DNA from: Eledone cirrhosa
Lineage: Eukaryota
DNA length: 64,000 nucleotides
Reading direction: 5' to 3'
NCBI GenBank assembly: GCA_964016885.1
Contig: OZ024754.1
Location: 39,928,001-39,992,000, forward strand
Under the pieces are notes generated by a model. The model was not told where the DNA came from and made no database searches. It worked only from the letters and a program-made list of their open reading frames with translations. Each line of letters opens with the position of its first letter. The stretch's first letter is position 1. Shown piece after piece: positions 58,847 through 64,000 of this stretch. The position numbers were made by a program, and so were the translations under genes.

Positions 58847-59418
58847 CTTCCCGATTGAACCCGGTATACACACACATATATATATATATATATATGTAGG
58901 AGGTGAGTTTTATTGTAGTACAATAAAGCAATGCAGATATCGGATAAGAAGCACTCTACAGTTTGTAGGACTGGAGTATACATAATTTCATCTAACTCAT
59001 TATTCTCAATACATATTAACTCTTTCTTTTTCTTCGCACATATCAAACCCCTCAATATACAAACCTTAACTTTACATTATTTTTCTCTTCGTTAATTTTC
59101 AAATTCTTTTAATTTATACATTATCTTCCAACGGTTTTCAACCTCTCTATGTAAAACAATATATCTTTCTCAGTTATAAAAGCTATCTCTCTCTCTCTCT
59201 ATCACCCATCTCTCCTCCTATCTCATCCTTCCTCATTATACTCCTCCCTCTCCACCTTCACTCTCATCTCCTCCTTTTTTTCATCCTTTCCACCCCCCCC
59301 CCCTCTAAATAAAATATTTTTCCCAATATCACACATCAATCTAAAACTACTTCTCATATGTTGATTTAAAACTGAACTATCCACACAAGTGTATTTTAAC
59401 CTTCATATCATGTCCTCC

Positions 59419-59488
59419 TGTTTTATCTGATGAAACACAAATATTATTGCATGATGATGTTTGTTTTTGAAATGCGCATAATAAAATA
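59419..59488 (+). ncRNA. Type-I hammerhead ribozyme
   Basis: TGTTTTAT-CTGATGA-AAc[ACAAATATTATT gcat GATGATGTTTGT]TTTT-GAAA-TGCGCA-TA^ATAAAATA. Confidence 0.75.
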
Positions 59489-59518
59489 CATGGAACTCTT
59501 TTAACCATCTTTTGTTCT

Positions 59519-59569
<51 letters not shown>

Positions 59570-59708
59570 CACTGCCTTGAAGGGCCTTAGTGAATCAAGG
59601 ACATAATGCAGATGGTGTAATGTTTAAAACATATCAATTTGAAAGAATGATTCGCATGGCTAAGATCTTATAAAATTAATTTTTTAAAATGGTGGACAGT
59701 CCCTTCTC

Positions 59709-59761
<53 letters not shown>

Positions 59762-59765
<4 letters not shown>

Positions 59766-60103
59766 CACATGGCTTAGTGGTTAAAGCATTGGCCTTGCAA
59801 TCGAAAGGTTGTGAGTTCTATTCTCAGACCGGGTGGTGTGTTGTTTCCTTGAGCAAGAGACTTTATTTCACATTGCTCCAGTTTACTCAGCTGTAGAAAT
59901 GAGATGATAGGGACTGGGGTCCCTATCATTCCACTGCAAAGTGGTCGTGGAGGTGCCACGGCAAAAAAGCACCCAGCACTCACTGTTAATGAGGTTGGTG
60001 TTAGGAAGGGCATCCAGCTGTAGAAATCAAGCCAGAATCAGTTCCCATACCACCCTTGCAAGCAGGGAAAAGCGGACGCAAAAATGATGATGATGATGAT
60101 GAT
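59762..60103 (+). mobile_element. tRNA-derived SINE family B (CORE-like body, RTE-type tail); other copies 32643-32994 +, 39052-39394 -, 50917-51255 -, 56675-57017 -, 57904-58208 -
   Basis: A box TGGCTTAGTGG, B-box-like GAGTTCWATTC, CCTTGAGCAAGACACTT core and (TGA)n tail; six near-identical copies. Confidence 0.9.
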
Positions 60104-60786
60104 ATACATATTCATTAGTTAAGTAAAACAAGACCACAAAATTCACAAGGAAGACGTTAGTTAAAGAGTGTCAACATAGTTGCAGTTTAATGTAAGGAAT
60201 AAGGAGTGTAATTGTAGTTTAATGTAAGGAATAATAATGTCTGTTTACAATTGTTTCGCTACTCCATATAATGTTTCTGGATCAATTGATTATAGATCAT
60301 TATAACACCTTCATCAATCTCTCTTCTCCTCTCCTATCTCCATCTCTCTCTTTAAGATTGGTTTACTCCCGAACTGTGTATATATATATATATATAATTA
60401 AATTAAAAGTAGGATGACGTTATATATAAAATAAACACAAACAATTACAGGGGATAATTTGTAAAGAGTGTAAACACACATAGTTAAGGAGGTAACATTA
60501 AAATTAACAAGAACTTTGAATATAGATACCTTAATCTAATTTTGGTATTATATATATATATATCTGTGTTTCCCGCTTCTATCAGTATGTTTTCTTACCT
60601 TTTTTTTTCTTTCTCTCTCTTCGCTATCGCTTCTTTATCTCATAGCTTTTTGATAGATAAAAAGCTATGGGCGTGATATGGATAGATGTATTGTCTATAA
60701 TGCACTGAATCATTTGTGACCCGTAGTAGACAACTGATGAAGGGAAAATGTCGATCTCTTGTTTGTGTCCCTTTACTTTCTAACAC

Positions 60787-60854
<68 letters not shown>

Positions 60855-60859
60855 GTAGA

Positions 60860-60936
60860 GATTAGGAAGCTGCTACAGTGTAGATGAGGTTGTAAATATT
60901 TACAACCCCCATCTACTCTGTAGCCACTTCCTAATC
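60860..60936. repeat. Imperfect 77-bp palindrome next to (TA)n
   Basis: GATTAGGAAG...GTTGTAAAT|ATTTACAAC...CTTCCTAATC; no hammerhead core seen. Confidence 0.75.
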
Positions 60937-62437
60937 AACATATCCAATTCTCATATCCCACAATGCTTCAAGCAAACTACAACTCATATAAAAGTGAAAA
61001 CCATCAGATTTAACCCGACAATGTATACTTGTTTCTACTTTAGGCACAAGGCCAGTAATTTGGGGGAGGGGAAAGTCGATTGTACCGACCCCAGTACATT
61101 ACTGGTGCTTTATTTTATCGACCTCCGTAAGGATGAAAGGCAAAGTTAACCTCGACGGGATTTGAACTCTGACCATAAAGGACCGTAACTCTATGCTGCA
61201 AAGCATGGTGTCCGACCCTCTACCGATACTGCCAATCCACCGTCCTAACCTGACAATGTATACTACGACATAAAACTGGACACACTGGAAAATGAAATCC
61301 AGTCAAATATTGAAATACATACCATGTATAAGAGTTGATCCAATGTGAAAATTAACTCTATAGTTTAAGCCTCAAAATTTGGATTTTTCCCTGTATCTCA
61401 TGTAAAATTCAACCGTAGTTCTTCATAGACAATAATTCAACATTATCAATCAAAGTATTAATTATCCTGAACATAACTGTTACAATGAGAAAATGAATTT
61501 TTCCATGCTATTATGTATGTCCTAGTATACTTAAGTGGAAACATGAGAGTTATGCAACCATATTTATGTGTTCTGGAAGTAGAAAGTATTTTGATGTATG
61601 AAACAATGGTAGTATCACTGTAGTAATTTAGGCTTCTACTTACTGATGAATTATTTTAGTTTGTAGTGTGGGAGTCAGCCCTTCACAAGTAGTATCCATG
61701 TGATAGCTGACCCCGTAGTTTTAACCTCAATAAATAGTCTCAAACAATCGACTTTCACATAAGTATCATCATTGTCATTGTTTAACATAGGCTTTAGTTG
61801 CTAGCAAGCATTGGATGGGTTGTCAGCAGACCCAGGCTTGCACTCAAAACAGATGTACTGCAGTAGTGATGCATGTGTATAAGTGCATTCTGTGGTATTG
61901 GTGTATATATATGTAGGTATGTATGTGTAATAATTGTTTATACTTTAGGCACAAGGCCAGCAATTACCCAGTGCATTACTGGTACTTTATTTTATCGACC
62001 CCGTAAGGATGAAAGGCAAAGTCGACCTCGGCGGGATTTGAACTCAGATCGTAAAGGGACGTGTATGTGTAATAATGTTTTCTACTAAAGACACAAGGCC
62101 AGCAATTTTGAAGGGGAGGGGAAAGTCAATTAAATCAACCCCAGTGCATTACTGGTACTTTATTTTATTTACCCTGTAAGGATGAAAGGCAAAGTTAACC
62201 TCGGCGGGATTTGAACTCAGATCATGAAGGGCCATAACTCTATGCTGCAAAGCATGGTGTCTGACGCCCTACCGATACTGTCAATCCACCACCCTATGTA
62301 TGTGTAATAATTGTTTCTACTATTGGCACAAGGCCAGAAATTACCCAGTGTATTACTGGTACTTTATTTTATCGACCCTGTAATAATGGGAGGATGTGGG
62401 AACTTGTGAGTGAGCGTATGTATAGTTGTGTGTGTCT

Positions 62438-62511
<74 letters not shown>

Positions 62512-63489
62512 CATTAGTGTATGGTAGAGTGTGAGTGATTTTGTCATGTGGATGTATATACTTTGGGGTCTCAAATAATTGTCCTCATACACCCCATTTA
62601 TTAATTCTTCAGATTTTTTCCAACCCTCGTGCTGATGAAATTGTGCTAATCTACCTCTGGCAAAATTTTATTTTAAGATGTAGCATTCCTGCAACAATTT
62701 TCTTTAGACATTTAAAAAAAAACATTACACATGACAAAAAAAAAAAAGAAGAAAAAGAACATTACAAGAATTCCCATCATCATCAGGTTTAGCGTCCGTG
62801 TTCCACGCTTGCATGGGTTTGGACGGGGGTTTTCCCACTTGAGGCAAGAGTGGTTGTCTTGCTCGCATAGGACTGTCTGGCAGGTTTTCTACAGCTGGAT
62901 GCCCTTCCTAACACCAACCACATTTACAGTGTGGGGCTGGGAGGTTTTTACCGTGTTGCCTACACGGCCACATTACAGCGTGGACTGTCTGGCGGGTTTT
63001 CTACAGCTGGATGCCCTTCCTAACACCAACCACATTTACAGTGTGGGGCTGGGAGGTTTTTACCGTGTTGCCTACACGGCCACATTACAGCGTGGACTGT
63101 CTGGCGGGTTTTCTACAGCTGGATGCCCTTCCTAACACCAACCACATTTACAGTGTGGGGCTGGGAGGTTTTTACCGTGTTGCCTACACGGCCACATTTA
63201 CAGCGTGGACTGTGTGTTTTTTTGTCGTGACACCTACACGATCTCATTTGTTTCGGCCTGGATGTTGTGGGACCAACATATGTTACAAAATAAACAGGAT
63301 GGGTTGGGATCTCAATATGTAAACTAAACGACTAATTCTGGTTTTTATAAAATAAATCAATGGAGACAACCTAAAAAAATTACTGATTTCCCAGCATGTG
63401 TGGTTTGAATTTATTTTCAGTGTGTGCTTTATATATAGTTGCTAATGGAAAAGCAGACATTTTATATATATATATATATGTATATATAC

Positions 63490-63526
<37 letters not shown>

Positions 63527-64000
63527 GCTGCTTTTCCATTGGCAACTATATATAAAGCACACACATCTGTGTATGTATACATTTATGTGTGTGTATGTGT
63601 ATGTGTGTGCATGGTCACGATTTAACACCTGTTTTTTTCCTTGCTAGCAAATTGTGTGTATGTGTGTATATATATATGCGTGTGTATATGTGTGTGTGTG
63701 TATATATATATGTATGTGTGTGTATATATATATGCGTGTGTATATATGTGTGTGTATATATATATATATGTGTGTGTGTGTGTTTATATATATATGTGTG
63801 TATATATTTGTGTGTGTGTGTATATATATATATATATGTGTGTGTGTATATATATATATGTGTGTGTGTGTATATATATATATATATGTGTGTGTGTGTA
63901 TCCAACTGTATTTACGTTAGTGATTGTGTTCCCTAATTTAGCAGTTTACAGAATGAGGTCAATAAAATAAGCAATAGACTGAAAAAAAAAATAGAGGGGT

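Noticed and set aside
59762-59835. tRNA gene
   Set aside because: It is the tRNA-like head of a multi-copy SINE that continues into core and tail.
60728-60780. CTGATGA-AGGGA...TCCCT hammerhead
   Set aside because: No GAAA, stem III or stem I closure follows.

Overview
Eukaryotic, very AT-rich, repeat-dominated DNA, most likely from a coleoid cephalopod such as Octopus. That assignment is inferred from the SINE and RTE repertoire and the huge (TA)n/(CA)n tracts. Only one host protein-coding region is convincing: a TMEM229B-like CDS on the minus strand (20695-21186). Nearly all other long ORFs are translations of micro- or minisatellites. Mobile DNA includes RTE LINE fragments, at least three tRNA-derived SINE families, and piggyBac-, Tc1/mariner- and hAT-type MITEs. 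The main unannotated signal is a dense set of short inserts, mostly in (TA)n tracts, that carry type-I hammerhead ribozymes. By eye I count 16 with an intact CUGANGA/GAAA/NUH core and about 5 with one core change, from many unrelated sequence families, with stem covariation between copies. Many form head-to-head fold-back palindromes with a ribozyme on each strand, consistent with non-autonomous Penelope-like or retrozyme-type elements. One hammerhead lies in sense orientation about 190 nt upstream of the TMEM229B splice acceptor. All folds and coordinates were read manually and none were computed.
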